64,000 bases of DNA, taken from positions 4,829-68,828 of the forward strand of contig JAHWGK010000006.1 in the NCBI GenBank assembly GCA_020054495.1, written 5' to 3'. Made by a program: the position numbers and the translations under genes. Shown in pieces: positions 11,301-20,167 of this stretch (position 1 is the stretch's first letter; each line of letters begins with the position of its first letter). This DNA comes from Thermoplasmata archaeon (lineage in GTDB: Archaea; Thermoplasmatota; E2; DHVEG-1). The notes beneath the pieces are model-generated. The model was given only the letters and a program-made list of their open reading frames with translations, had not been told where the DNA came from and did no database searches.

Positions 11301-11828
11301 AAGCCCCAAAGATAAAATGGTATAACCACGGCAATAACCTATATTATCTTCACCGAATAAATCAGACGGATAATTATCCATAGATCTATATCTCTCATAA
11401 TTAAACGCACATATGGTTGGTGGCGTACTACCTATAGGCAAAGGGTTTTGATATGGAACAATTGGTTTTTCAATGAGATCTATTTCAAGTGGAAAGATTT
11501 CTAAAGACAAACCATTCACTTCAATATTTTTCACAGATTTTGCAGGTGGCAACAAAATTTTGATAAATTTAACTGGCATTGCAGGCTCACCTACATCTTT
11601 ACCAAGCATTACACAACCTGGTAAGCTAATTGAAGTATATTGATTATCATAAACAATCATTTCATTAAAGCTTGGGGAATCAAACGAAAACGAGTAGCTT
11701 ATCCGCTCATAATCATCTACTTGCGTTTGAGCATAAGGTCTAACCTCATTGTCCTCAGAGATGACAGTGTTGAAACTAATAATTATACTAGCTATTGCCA
11801 TATAGGCAAAAATGGCTTTTAGTCCCAT
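5307..11828 (-). CDS. Giant surface peptidase C25 (gingipain-like): propeptide, catalytic domain, CARDB, three NosD/CASH beta-helix blocks, FN3/Ig, PKD, Ca-binding repeats, TM anchor
   Basis: Signal peptide; GEPAMP propeptide, DYVIIT, YIFIGGD, YIGRI, His/Cys dyad AHA...GCH, LFGDP; repeated IYHNNF..N and GGNYWD beta-helix motifs; VANAGGPY..FDGSGSYD.DG PKD. Confidence 0.9.
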   Translation of the reverse strand: MGLKAIFAYMAIASIIISFNTVISEDNEVRPYAQTQVDDYERISYSFSFDSPSFNEMIVYDNQYTSISLPGCVMLGKDVGEPAMPVKFIKILLPPAKSVKNIEVNGLSLEIFPLEIDLIEKPIVPYQNPLPIGSTPPTICAFNYERYRSMDNYPSDLFGEDNIGYCRGYTILSLGLNPLQYVPGLGRLTFYPELNVNIDLEDNGFFNSFYRNNKEDEEWVTNLVNNPEIIDRYEITNFPILDYSGGLCSPIDDYDYVIITTTQNNLDHWETNSTTPNNWTSLMDKHLADDGLNCTLVTIQDINNCSDYWKGTALFNDTAAHIREFCKDAYQDWGASYIFIGGDDEWIPAREMKYVFESDVDSDIYWNHLDNSFNEDGDSYWGEEGDSGFDLYAEMYIGRITCDTPQDVSNWMNKSFYYADSVFTDYLDSAAFYGGDTGWSCQGDDFIDFSAIKGTSNWLGPDPNSDGPYPSWLGYQYGFETWNATNPGVEYNLSVKWTAEPPNVGWQGGSDSAAIAGLKNAINNDYVTLLSGIAHANEYYSLDVYYANWESDYHNTKPFFLHDYGCHSGDMDAADDGVLHSMLFHSDTELAFACVYNTCYGWGNLYSTNSSSSLQQKCFWDYFFDTTNNSGSTFNWQLGKAMAFSKDTMAPTINWDYSYGTWRAIIQGCLLFGDPAQRIKPPTLLDHNVGVQTLDIDATNPVKSNITIHVNATVYNSGNNDETNVLVSFRINGAEENSTTIGTFTNQTSQQVSFNWTPSAGSYNVSMNVSSPAVTEDSYTDNERNQTVNVGVFNIDTNELFDTIQESINDTDTLDDHNILVPAGIYPENVSINKNISLAGINKDTTFIDANGISGRTIQIQNRNSVNITQFTVRNGSFCLYVESSSNISITNCAIFNSSVTGICINASENITITDTNISNHSLGVSYTNISYNNILTDNEIFNNNIGIIVNIDCSNNSIYHNNFNNTLNAFDNGTNNPWDNGNLSEYRLRGGNWWENYSGVDLNVDGIGDTSYNISGQNNSKDRYPLINPWAGSLNGTIYVDDDNIAGPWLGTQNNPYQTIQNAIDEVFEGDDIFVYSGTYQEKINIDKTIDLTGADKNSTIIDSNESGTVVTISSDWVNLTGFTIMNAGDMAFSSVNWSIMGDSHNKNITTDYYSGIQVSSNNNKIYDNIVVNNYYGILWLEELNNNNISDNIIYHNFGGGIIIGYSQNNTVKDNIITNHSYYGVDFGYSSFSNIFENNISDCNDGGIRIWDSSDMNVTDNTINNNMFSGIDSPYSSNNNISNNNIIGSYIGIYFYDSSYNNIFNNNISDNSFYGVYQNSYSINNTIYHNNFINNTIHGYDSGTNNWNKSYPIGGNYWDNYTGLDLNGEGIGDSQYNISGGSNVDYYPLINPGPVQKIFVNDDFNSNTPGWGIYCFDSIKDGINNSSNSDTVFVFNGTYNEYNININKSISLIGEDINSTIIDGLNQDYILLVNNDSVEITRFTLQNSDMLLAAIYVSSNYSDIHHNFIKDCDDGIEIDTGGGTTYGYNNISYNKINNSWIGIWILETTHTNIFENNITNADLACIWIEDSQKTSIFNNTLISNNLSFADGVYIFGTSANTTVFGNSITDNLQGISIEDSTYNNIYKNTIKNNSKGVYESDGFNNTIYHNNFINNSQQAYDDSNNSWYNITLLNGNYWDDFDESGEGAWDNNSNGIVDSEYNISGGSNQDKYPLIYKFENYYILSINTVSSVDEGNNFIVTVKTQFNSLVQGAYVTFNSVTKQTNSNGQTTFTAPSVSSDTIFPIYTSKDSYTGDSTNITVKNIESDNGDPPPPAGGDTTAPTAPTNVGCTTPETDNTPSFSWDAATDLSGVAGYYVKIDDGSDIWIGNVTSWTSTSTIEDGTHTFYVKARDASSNENIGNYETCFFIINTIIVAGLPVANAGGPYFGLTFENIFFDGSGSYDTDGTITNYTWNLGDGTIFFGEQVTYTYVNPGLYNITLKVIDNAGLSNNNKTAVTIELDSDGDGWSDLEEVEFNTNKSDPNDSPIDNDGDRLPDEYDEDDDNDGLVDHLEETWGSDPYNNSDVIVVDIEGREYYLIDSDKDGIINKFCNPVGRITTVDVTDDGNYLIDMDGDAKWDYIYNPASGEITVYSEEASSDDFPWSLVIIGIVIAIIVIILVLYLTGYRIWFEEN

Positions 11829-11900
11829 CCTCTAGAGCACCTATAAACTAAAACAAAACTTTCATATTTAAAACATTAGGATTGCACGTCAACTTGAAAG

Positions 11901-14900
11901 CTATTTTCGAATACCTATCTCAGCATCTAACTCATCAATCTTCCATTTCTTTATAAGAGATCCTATAGGCTTATCGGCAAAGATGAGTTGTTTTGAACGG
12001 GTCTCTCCTTTAATGTAATCTTCCCATTGTTTCAGTGATGTTATTTGTTTGGAGTCAATGCAAATCTCAGTAGTAATTCTATCCTCAACTTCCAAATTAA
12101 GTTCCTTGCGCATAGATTGAATTCTTCTCACTATCTCTCTTGCAAAACCTTCTGCCAAAAGCTCAGGTGTAAGATGTGTTTCAAATAATAAAATTATATC
12201 TTCAGTTTCAGTTCGTGCAATATGTTTTTTTTCTATTTCAACAACTTGAAAATCATCTTTTGTAAGGATTATTTTTTCATCATCCATTTCAACTATAAAT
12301 TTTTTCTTTGTGTTTAACTCTTCAAATAGTTTCTCTTTGTCCATTTTTTCTATTTTACTTAGAACAACCTTCGCTTTTTCGTGCAAACGTCGGCCGATAC
12401 TTGAGTGATTTGGTTTTAATGATTTTGTCATAAACTTTGAAGTATCTCTTTCAAAAGAGATATGTTTAACATTGATTTCTTCGTTTAATAAATCCAGTAG
12501 ATCTTTAATTGAATCCTCAACTTTCTTATCACATACCACTATTGCACTACCAAGCGGATATCTCACCTTTACTCCAATTTTTGATCTAAGTGCCCTTCCA
12601 ACTTCTACTAATGCTCTAATTTTTTTCATTCCCTCTTCAAGTTTTTCATCAATCTGTCTTTCATCAGGTTTTACATAGTCACATAAATGAACACTTTCAG
12701 GCATCTCATCTGTTCTCAGATTTTGATAAACTTCCTCTGTAATAAACGGAATAAACGGAGCTAAAAGTTTTGAAAGCCCTAAAAAGATATCATACATTGT
12801 TGAGTAACCTGCAAGTTTATCACTGGTTTTTTCCTCAACCCAAAGGCGCTTTCTAGATCGACGTAGATACCAATTGCTAAAATCTTCAATTACAAAATTA
12901 TCGACTGCTCTTGCAGCCTTGTGAATTTCAAATCTTTTGATATATTTTTTGACGTTAGACGTAGTTTTATTAAATTTACTAAGTATCCATCTATCTAAAG
13001 GCTGTCTCTTTTCAGTGCGTATCATGTCTTTTTTAGGGTCAAACTTGTCTAAAACAGCATATGTTGTAAAGAAATTATATGAATTCCAAAATGTTAAAAT
13101 GAATTTACCAAGAGTTTCTTTAACAGCCTGCTCATAAAATTGTGTGGATGTCCAAGGGGCATTTGCGGAGAATAGATACCAACGCATTGCATCAGCTCCC
13201 TCATTATCAAGAATAATCTCAGGGTCAACATAGTTTCTCTTGCTCTTGCTCATTTTTTGATTATCTTTATCTAGGACAAGACCCAGTGTTAGAACGTTAT
13301 TGTATGATTGTTTGCCAAAAAGAAACGTTGATATTGCAAGAAGCGAATAAAACCAACCTCTTGTTTGATCAAGCGCTTCGCTAATAAAATCCACTGGAAA
13401 GTTATTTTTGAACTTTTCTTTGTTTTCAAATGGATAATGCCACTGTGCAAAAAATGCTGAACCTGAATCATACCAACAATCAATAACTTCTTCTTCGCGT
13501 TTCATAGAAGATTTACATTTAGGACATTTAACAATGAGTTCATCAACTAGTGGTTTATGCAGGTCATAATCATCAGGAAAAGATTCGCTTAATTCTCTAA
13601 GTTCTTCAACACTACCGATACATATCTCATAATTACATTTTTTATCATTACAAATCCAGATCGGAAGCGGAGTACCCCAGTATCTTTTCCTAGACAGGGC
13701 CCAGTCTTTTACATCACGAATAAAATCTCCGAAACGCCCCTGCTGCAGATACTCCGGATGCCACTTAATTTGATTATTGTTTTTTATCAATGAATCCTGA
13801 ACCTTCGTCATCGCAATGAACCAAGAGTCCATTGCATAGTACAAAAGTGGTGAATCACAACGCCAACAAAAAGGATAATCGTGTTTATATGAATGAGTTC
13901 CTTCTAGTTTTCCACATTTGTCAAGATATTCGATAATACTTGGATCTGCATCTTTTACAAATTGTCCTTTCCAAAGCGTGACTTCATCTAAGAATGCTCC
14001 ATCAAGGTTAACCAACTGAACAACTGGGAGGTTATACTTTTTACCAATATTGTAATCATCTTCACCAAATGCTGGGGCTATATGAACAATCCCAGTTCCA
14101 TCCTCCATCGTAACAAAATCAGCAAGAACAACGTACCATGCTTTTTTATCTGGTTTAGCATAGTCAAATAATGGTTCGTATTCAATTCCATCTAGTTTTT
14201 TCCCTGGAAAACTATCTAGTATTTCATACTCCTGACCTTTGAGTAAAGAAGCTACGCGTTCTTCAGCAAAAATAAGTATCTGTCCATTATAACGGATTTT
14301 AATGTATACTTCATCGGGATGAACCGCAAGTGCAACATTTGAAATAAGAGTCCATGGAGTCGTAGTCCATGCCAAAAAATAAGCTCCTTCATTTTTCAGT
14401 TTGAATTTAACAAAAATTGAGGGCTCCTCAACGGCTTTATAGCCTTGGGCTAACTCATGAGCTGAAAGTGCAGTACCACAACGTGGACAATATGGGACAA
14501 CTTTATATCCTTTATACAAGAGTTTTTTTTCCCAAGCCTGCTTGAGAGACCACCAAACTGATTCAATGTACTCATTTTTAAAAGTAATATATGGGTCGTT
14601 CATATCAAGCCAAAAACCAATACGTTTTGTATTTTCAACCCATGCATTTTCATATATTAAAACATTTTTTTTACACTCTTCGTTGAATTTTTTTATACCG
14701 TATTTTTCAACAGCCTGTTTATCCTCAAGACCTAATTTTTTCTCAACCTCAATTTCTACAGGTAACCCATGTGTATCCCAACCAGCTTTTCTTAGAATGT
14801 AATGACCATTCATAGTTTGATATCTAAGCATCAAGTCCTTTATAACTCTGGTAAGAACATGGCCTGGATGAGGCAATCCATTTGCAGTTGGAGGTCCTTC

Positions 14901-15032
14901 TAAAAAAACATAAGGTTTACACCCTTCTCTTTGGTCTATTGATTTTTTGAATATATTATTCTCTACCCATAATTTAAGAATTTTTTCCTCAACCTGTTTA
15001 GGGTTGTATTTTTGAGGGGGTGATTTAATCAT
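11901..15032 (-). CDS. ileS: Isoleucine--tRNA ligase
   Basis: EGPPTANG.PHPGH (HIGH), GWDTHGLPVE, WTTTPWTL, GTGIVH, DQTRGWF and KMSKS motifs. Confidence 0.98.
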   Translation of the reverse strand: MIKSPPQKYNPKQVEEKILKLWVENNIFKKSIDQREGCKPYVFLEGPPTANGLPHPGHVLTRVIKDLMLRYQTMNGHYILRKAGWDTHGLPVEIEVEKKLGLEDKQAVEKYGIKKFNEECKKNVLIYENAWVENTKRIGFWLDMNDPYITFKNEYIESVWWSLKQAWEKKLLYKGYKVVPYCPRCGTALSAHELAQGYKAVEEPSIFVKFKLKNEGAYFLAWTTTPWTLISNVALAVHPDEVYIKIRYNGQILIFAEERVASLLKGQEYEILDSFPGKKLDGIEYEPLFDYAKPDKKAWYVVLADFVTMEDGTGIVHIAPAFGEDDYNIGKKYNLPVVQLVNLDGAFLDEVTLWKGQFVKDADPSIIEYLDKCGKLEGTHSYKHDYPFCWRCDSPLLYYAMDSWFIAMTKVQDSLIKNNNQIKWHPEYLQQGRFGDFIRDVKDWALSRKRYWGTPLPIWICNDKKCNYEICIGSVEELRELSESFPDDYDLHKPLVDELIVKCPKCKSSMKREEEVIDCWYDSGSAFFAQWHYPFENKEKFKNNFPVDFISEALDQTRGWFYSLLAISTFLFGKQSYNNVLTLGLVLDKDNQKMSKSKRNYVDPEIILDNEGADAMRWYLFSANAPWTSTQFYEQAVKETLGKFILTFWNSYNFFTTYAVLDKFDPKKDMIRTEKRQPLDRWILSKFNKTTSNVKKYIKRFEIHKAARAVDNFVIEDFSNWYLRRSRKRLWVEEKTSDKLAGYSTMYDIFLGLSKLLAPFIPFITEEVYQNLRTDEMPESVHLCDYVKPDERQIDEKLEEGMKKIRALVEVGRALRSKIGVKVRYPLGSAIVVCDKKVEDSIKDLLDLLNEEINVKHISFERDTSKFMTKSLKPNHSSIGRRLHEKAKVVLSKIEKMDKEKLFEELNTKKKFIVEMDDEKIILTKDDFQVVEIEKKHIARTETEDIILLFETHLTPELLAEGFAREIVRRIQSMRKELNLEVEDRITTEICIDSKQITSLKQWEDYIKGETRSKQLIFADKPIGSLIKKWKIDELDAEIGIRK

Positions 15033-15123
15033 CGTTTTTCCGCCAAATCTTCAAATGATATGTATTATGTAACAGCACCTTAATGACAAAAGGCTGATAA
15101 AACCGTTTCCATCACATTCAAAT

Positions 15124-16434
15124 CTAATAATTTTTAATATTATCTGCTTTCATAAACTCCCTAAGAAAAGATGTAGCATAGCATCCTTTTTGAAGTTGAA
15201 ATTTTAAAATTAATGCTTTTTTATCCTTGCTTAATTCATCATCAATTAGTTTAAAATCAAGGTCTCTAACAAAAGCAAGTATCGGATGTCTTGAACCTGA
15301 GGAAGAAATGTATGGAATATCAGGGATGATAAAATCTCTTGCATCAATTCTCTCACGGTCAATGATCCTATGCTCAATTTCACCCATCTCGCCACCAGAA
15401 AAAACTGAATCTCTGCCAAATAAAACACCACTTACAACTGCCTTACCCTTAGAAACTTGCTTATTTACTTTTTCAATATTATATTCTTTAACCATAACGC
15501 CATTTTTGTCAATAAATCCGTCTCTAATTGGAAGAATGATATCGCCAACAATAGCCTTATTCAAAGGAAGTTTTTTTCTAATACGTTCACTTAAAATTCT
15601 ATTAAAAAGATAAGATTGATAAGAATAAACAAACATGGTTAAAAGATTCTTTGGCAACTCTTTTAACGCACCAATAAAATCCTTTGGATCAATTACCAAT
15701 TTATTAAGAATAGCTTTCTCAAAAGTCAATTTATTAGGATAGGTCTTCAAAGCCTCTGAAAAATCACAGGTTTCTTCAAGCTGTTTACGCAATAGATAGC
15801 TTTCTTCATCTTCTTCATCCATAGGATTTGCAACATAATTCATAACAGCTTTTTCAAAATCACTTTTAATAATACATTTTCCAACAACATGAGTTATCGG
15901 TCTAACAATACCAAAGCGTTGAACTCCATAAAAATTAGGAAAACCACCATATTTCTCTATAACAGAAACAACATCTTTAATATAATCTGATTTAATCTTC
16001 TTATCAAGATTTCGAATAGTTATTTGAAATCTATTGCCTAAAAGATTACCAATTTTAACAGGGCGATCAGAGGTATATATATTTTCTATTTTAGTCTCTT
16101 TGATTTTTACATTGGATAACCTATCTATAGGGACATTATAAAAAGACATTAGCCGGGTAGTTTTTGCACGCTTATCTTTAGTACCTGCAAAACCAACACG
16201 CTGCCTTGAAATATGTAACCTGTTAGACAATTCTCTTACAAGAAGATTTGCCTCCCAATTTACCGCAGTGACATCAGCAATTGTAAACCTACCGTTTTCT
16301 GTTTTTGAAGGATAATTGGAAACCTCCCTTACAATAAAATCTTCAGGATGTGTACGTAATTTTCCACCTATGCCTTCATAAGGCGTAAAAAAAGTTTTTA
16401 TACCTATGGTTTTTTCAGTGTTTAAAACTTTCAT
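15124..16434 (-). CDS. truD: tRNA pseudouridine(13) synthase TruD
   Basis: PEDFIVRE, FAGTKDKRA, GNRFQI, PNFYGVQRFG, YQSYLFN and F.L.KGCYAT motifs. Confidence 0.97.
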   Translation of the reverse strand: MKVLNTEKTIGIKTFFTPYEGIGGKLRTHPEDFIVREVSNYPSKTENGRFTIADVTAVNWEANLLVRELSNRLHISRQRVGFAGTKDKRAKTTRLMSFYNVPIDRLSNVKIKETKIENIYTSDRPVKIGNLLGNRFQITIRNLDKKIKSDYIKDVVSVIEKYGGFPNFYGVQRFGIVRPITHVVGKCIIKSDFEKAVMNYVANPMDEEDEESYLLRKQLEETCDFSEALKTYPNKLTFEKAILNKLVIDPKDFIGALKELPKNLLTMFVYSYQSYLFNRILSERIRKKLPLNKAIVGDIILPIRDGFIDKNGVMVKEYNIEKVNKQVSKGKAVVSGVLFGRDSVFSGGEMGEIEHRIIDRERIDARDFIIPDIPYISSSGSRHPILAFVRDLDFKLIDDELSKDKKALILKFQLQKGCYATSFLREFMKADNIKNY

Positions 16435-16719
16435 CTATTTTTTACTCTTGCTTTTTCCTTCAAAATTTTTACTGAAAGTTTTTATTTCATCCTCTAACTG
16501 TTTAACAGCTTTTTTTAGCATGTCCTCAGGTTTACCTTTCTTAACTCTAATGTACAAGCGTCGTTTATTTGACTCAGGATGACCTGAAAGATATGATGCA
16601 TATTCTACATCGTCATACTCTAACAATACTTCTGTAATAGGATTAAGTAAAGTCTCATTTTCTCCAGTGATTTCAAGATCAAGTTCTTTTGGTGTTTTTT
16701 TAATTGTTTTTAACTCCAT
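16435..16719 (-). CDS. rpoL: DNA-directed RNA polymerase subunit L (Rpo11)
   Basis: GENETLLN...ASY..GHP motif; follows csl4 as in many archaea. Confidence 0.93.
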   Translation of the reverse strand: MELKTIKKTPKELDLEITGENETLLNPITEVLLEYDDVEYASYLSGHPESNKRRLYIRVKKGKPEDMLKKAVKQLEDEIKTFSKNFEGKSKSKK

Positions 16720-16755
16720 AAATTATCACTCCGTTTCCAAATAAAATAATAAATC

Positions 16756-17328
16756 TTAAAGTTTATCTATATCAAAATTTCCATAGTCATCTGTAGTTTT
16801 TCTTTTTTCCGTATTTCTACAATTTTCACATTCTAGTAAATTGCCTTTTTTTATAAGCGGGTGTCTACACTTTGTACACATCGCTTTGATAACCCCAAGA
16901 TCTCTATCCTTTGTTGCAAGTTGAATACTAGGTTTTACTTGAGTAACTTTTGCTCTAATAACATCTCTAGGCGCATATTCTGTGGAGGGGTCCTTCACAT
17001 ATCCATTTGAAATCTCTGAAACGCGTAATGTTCCATTTGTATCTCCAGATATTGATCTACTTTTTCCAATAACATGAATCACATCAGCTATTATCATGTT
17101 TGATCTTACAGAACCAGCTATTGCAAGGACTATATCGCCTTTTTTTAATTCAACGGGAATACTTGTCAAGGGCCTAATTATAGCTCTTCTGTGTTTTTCA
17201 TCTACAACACATGTTCCAATTCTTGAAGCTCTAATTATTCCATCTTCTTCAAATGTTCCATCACCTGATGAAAGCTCCTCAGAAGTAGATACTTGATCCC
17301 CAGGTATTACTATTTTGTTCTTATCCAT
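16756..17328 (-). CDS. csl4: Exosome RNA-binding protein Csl4
   Basis: VIPGD N-terminus, S1 domain (DVIRAKV), LGVIKAMCTKC...CENC..EKRK zinc ribbon. Confidence 0.95.
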   Translation of the reverse strand: MDKNKIVIPGDQVSTSEELSSGDGTFEEDGIIRASRIGTCVVDEKHRRAIIRPLTSIPVELKKGDIVLAIAGSVRSNMIIADVIHVIGKSRSISGDTNGTLRVSEISNGYVKDPSTEYAPRDVIRAKVTQVKPSIQLATKDRDLGVIKAMCTKCRHPLIKKGNLLECENCRNTEKRKTTDDYGNFDIDKL

Positions 17329-17489
17329 TGTTTCACCAAAATTTTTCTAGTTCTAGTAAGTTAAGGCAATCTTATTACCGTTTTAAAGGTTATGGTATAC
17401 TATAAATCAGGAAAATTTGATGTAAAAAGAGTTATAAATACCCTATCTATTTCGATTTTCTTACCAATAGAAACACTGGGTGGAAAAAA

Positions 17490-17996
17490 ATGTCACGAAA
17501 ACCAGGTAGTATGTACAGATATGTCAGAGGAAAGCCCTCTACCCGCAAAGAATACATGGGGGGTGTACCAGCATCGCGTATTACACAGTTTGTCCTTGGA
17601 AATAGAACAGCTGAATTCCCTGTACAACTTTCATTAACTGCAATTGAAAAATGTATGGTAAGACATAACGCATTAGAATCTGCTCGTATAACTGTGAACC
17701 GTACCATGGAGAAACAAGTAGGAATACCCAATTATAGAGTTCGTATTAGGGTTTATCCTCACGTCGTTCTCCGAGAAAACAAACAGGCAACAGGAGCAGG
17801 TGCCGATAGGGTTTCGCAAGGAATGAGATCTGCTTTCGGAAAAATAGTTAGCACAGCAGCTGAGATAAAGCCTAATCAAATTATAATTACAGTTGAAACA
17901 ACTGAACCTTTTGTTAAACAAGCAAAAGCTGCACTTAGAAAAGCAGGTATGAAAATACCTTCCCCATGCAAAGTTAATGTAAATGTGAGTGCTTAA
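17490..17996 (+). CDS. rpl10e: 50S ribosomal protein uL16 (L10e)
   Basis: RHNALESAR, YPHVVLRENKQATGAGADRVSQGMR, K.P.PC motifs. Confidence 0.97.
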   Translation: MSRKPGSMYRYVRGKPSTRKEYMGGVPASRITQFVLGNRTAEFPVQLSLTAIEKCMVRHNALESARITVNRTMEKQVGIPNYRVRIRVYPHVVLRENKQATGAGADRVSQGMRSAFGKIVSTAAEIKPNQIIITVETTEPFVKQAKAALRKAGMKIPSPCKVNVNVSA

Positions 17997-18023
17997 CTGA
18001 AATATCTCTCATAAATACAATTT

Positions 18024-19409
18024 TTATACGTATTTTATAAAGAAGGGAAATATAACAAGAAACAAAATTGTAAGAGAAATTACTAAAGAAACGTTTTTTA
18101 CAATTTTATTTAATCGCTCATCAGACATATCTTTTCTAACTCGTTTTACAGAGGATCTTAATGCATCATTAAATAGAAATCCTCCATCAAGCGGAATCAT
18201 AGGTAGAACATTAAATAGCCCAACTAGAAGGTTAAGCCAGAAAATCCAGTACAATGCATTTACTATTACCCAAAAAACATTTGTTGGAAGGACATCTAGA
18301 GGACCTGTTATTTCGTAATTCTCCTTAAAAGGCGAAGCAATTGGATTATATCCATTAATAGCACCTAAGATTGGTAATGAAAATGAATTTAAGAAGCCAG
18401 CTGGGAAATCATATAAAAAGGGATTTTGAAGGGATAGAGTAAAAGCTTCTTGAGGTGAAAAACTTATACCTAAAAAACTTTCATTCTTGTAAGACTCGTT
18501 GATTTCTGAGTCGATATAACGACTGTAAAAATCGTATTCACTCATTAATTCAACATTTTTTTTAATAGTTTCTCCTTTAATAACATATGTTATATTCACT
18601 GTTTGTTTAGGTTCTGTTTTTTCTATGGCATCACTGAATCCAGCAATATTTTTAATATCTTCATCATTGAAACTAATAATTCTTGCTCCGTTAGGAATAT
18701 TAATTTCTTCTGCTGGTGTATCCTCAAATGGTGATAAAACTTCAGCTCCATCAAGTGGTTGGACTGAAGACAAAAAAACGAATGAAAAGAGTAGTAAAAC
18801 AACAAAGGCAACAACAAAATTTGATAGAGGCCCCGCGGCAAAAACACGCATACGTTTTGCTGTCTCTGTCTTTTTTAGTTCTTCTTCATCAGGTTCACAA
18901 AATGCACCTATTGGTACAATAAGATAAAGAATACCAAGTGATTTAACTTTTAATTTACCTGCAAACACAAGAATGCCATGAGAAAACTCATGAACAACAA
19001 TTGCAACCGCTAATGCTAGAATTACATACCCTATATACTCTAGAGGAAGTATTGGATTAATACCTGGAAGAATTAAGGCAAACTCAGGACCTGGCAGATT
19101 AGCCTTTTCTGCAGGGGTAAGATCCAATCCAATAAGCATCCAGGCCTGCCAGACAAAAATCACAACCATAAATATCATGACTATGAAGCAAAATACCACA
19201 CCAAAGCTCCCATAAGCTTTCCAAAATCTTTGTTTACTTGCAATTTTGTTAAGAAAATTTCTACCTTTTTTAGTACGAAGTAGTAATGCAGGGCCATAAA
19301 GAGATATGTTATACTTCTCAAGAATACCCTTCTTATGCAAAAATGCAACTATAAGAAAGTAGGATAAAAGTATTGTAAAAAAAATCAATAGGCCATCTAT
19401 AATCGACAT
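18024..19409 (-). CDS. Site-2 protease (peptidase M50) with PDZ domain
   Basis: HEFSH zinc motif, GAFCEP, FAAGP.SN, NVLPMIPLDGG, multiple TMs. Confidence 0.93.
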   Translation of the reverse strand: MSIIDGLLIFFTILLSYFLIVAFLHKKGILEKYNISLYGPALLLRTKKGRNFLNKIASKQRFWKAYGSFGVVFCFIVMIFMVVIFVWQAWMLIGLDLTPAEKANLPGPEFALILPGINPILPLEYIGYVILALAVAIVVHEFSHGILVFAGKLKVKSLGILYLIVPIGAFCEPDEEELKKTETAKRMRVFAAGPLSNFVVAFVVLLLFSFVFLSSVQPLDGAEVLSPFEDTPAEEINIPNGARIISFNDEDIKNIAGFSDAIEKTEPKQTVNITYVIKGETIKKNVELMSEYDFYSRYIDSEINESYKNESFLGISFSPQEAFTLSLQNPFLYDFPAGFLNSFSLPILGAINGYNPIASPFKENYEITGPLDVLPTNVFWVIVNALYWIFWLNLLVGLFNVLPMIPLDGGFLFNDALRSSVKRVRKDMSDERLNKIVKNVSLVISLTILFLVIFPFFIKYV

Positions 19410-19465
19410 GATTCAGTGCCTGGAATGTATATTTGTTTATTAAAGTAACTAACGGAAATTCAAAA

Positions 19466-20167
19466 TCATAGATAATCTATATTTTGTTTATGTTTCTTTA
19501 ATAATTCAATTAGATATTTACACCATTTTAATTTCTTCAATTTTAATTTTTTATCATTGTTTGCTGAAAAGGAATATCTTCCAATTTCACCATCGAAGTC
19601 AAAGCCAATTAAATATGTCTTTTTTGCATTGAAATGTTCTGCAAGAAAGGCCGCCCTATCGCCATCTGTGAAACCACCAAAATTATGAATATTCTCATAA
19701 GGTTTAGGATTAGTTTGTGTAGTTCCAACTATGTTTCCTTTGAATTCTAAAACGAATTTTTTAACTTTGTCAATATTGTCCCCATGAGCATGTATTATTG
19801 TTATACTTCCTTTTGAATTTGCTTCTAATTGATCTGTTATTTTACCATCAAGATCGGTAACAATAATCTCGGGAAAAACATTGTTTTCCATGAGAGCACT
19901 TGTTGCACCATCTGCTGCAATCTTTAACTTACCAACAAGATCTTTTTTGTGTGTGATAAGTGAGGATTCTAAAGAGGGGCCTGCTCCAAAAATAACAACT
20001 TCTTTTCCAGTGATAATATCTTCTAATTCTTTTATAGAAAATGGTTTCCTCTTTTTTAACAACTGGTTTAAAACATCTGCTGATTTTTTATCATTTTCTA
20101 CTTGAAAATTAAAATCTTCTAATATTTTTCTATAAATTGGTTCCCAATCTTTATAAAACATATACAC
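19466..20167 (-). CDS. mptE: 6-hydroxymethyl-7,8-dihydropterin pyrophosphokinase MptE-like
   Basis: GAGPSL, AADGAT, VTDLDG, HAHGDN, NFGGFTDGDRA and LIGFDF motifs. Confidence 0.9.
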   Translation of the reverse strand: MYMFYKDWEPIYRKILEDFNFQVENDKKSADVLNQLLKKRKPFSIKELEDIITGKEVVIFGAGPSLESSLITHKKDLVGKLKIAADGATSALMENNVFPEIIVTDLDGKITDQLEANSKGSITIIHAHGDNIDKVKKFVLEFKGNIVGTTQTNPKPYENIHNFGGFTDGDRAAFLAEHFNAKKTYLIGFDFDGEIGRYSFSANNDKKLKLKKLKWCKYLIELLKKHKQNIDYL

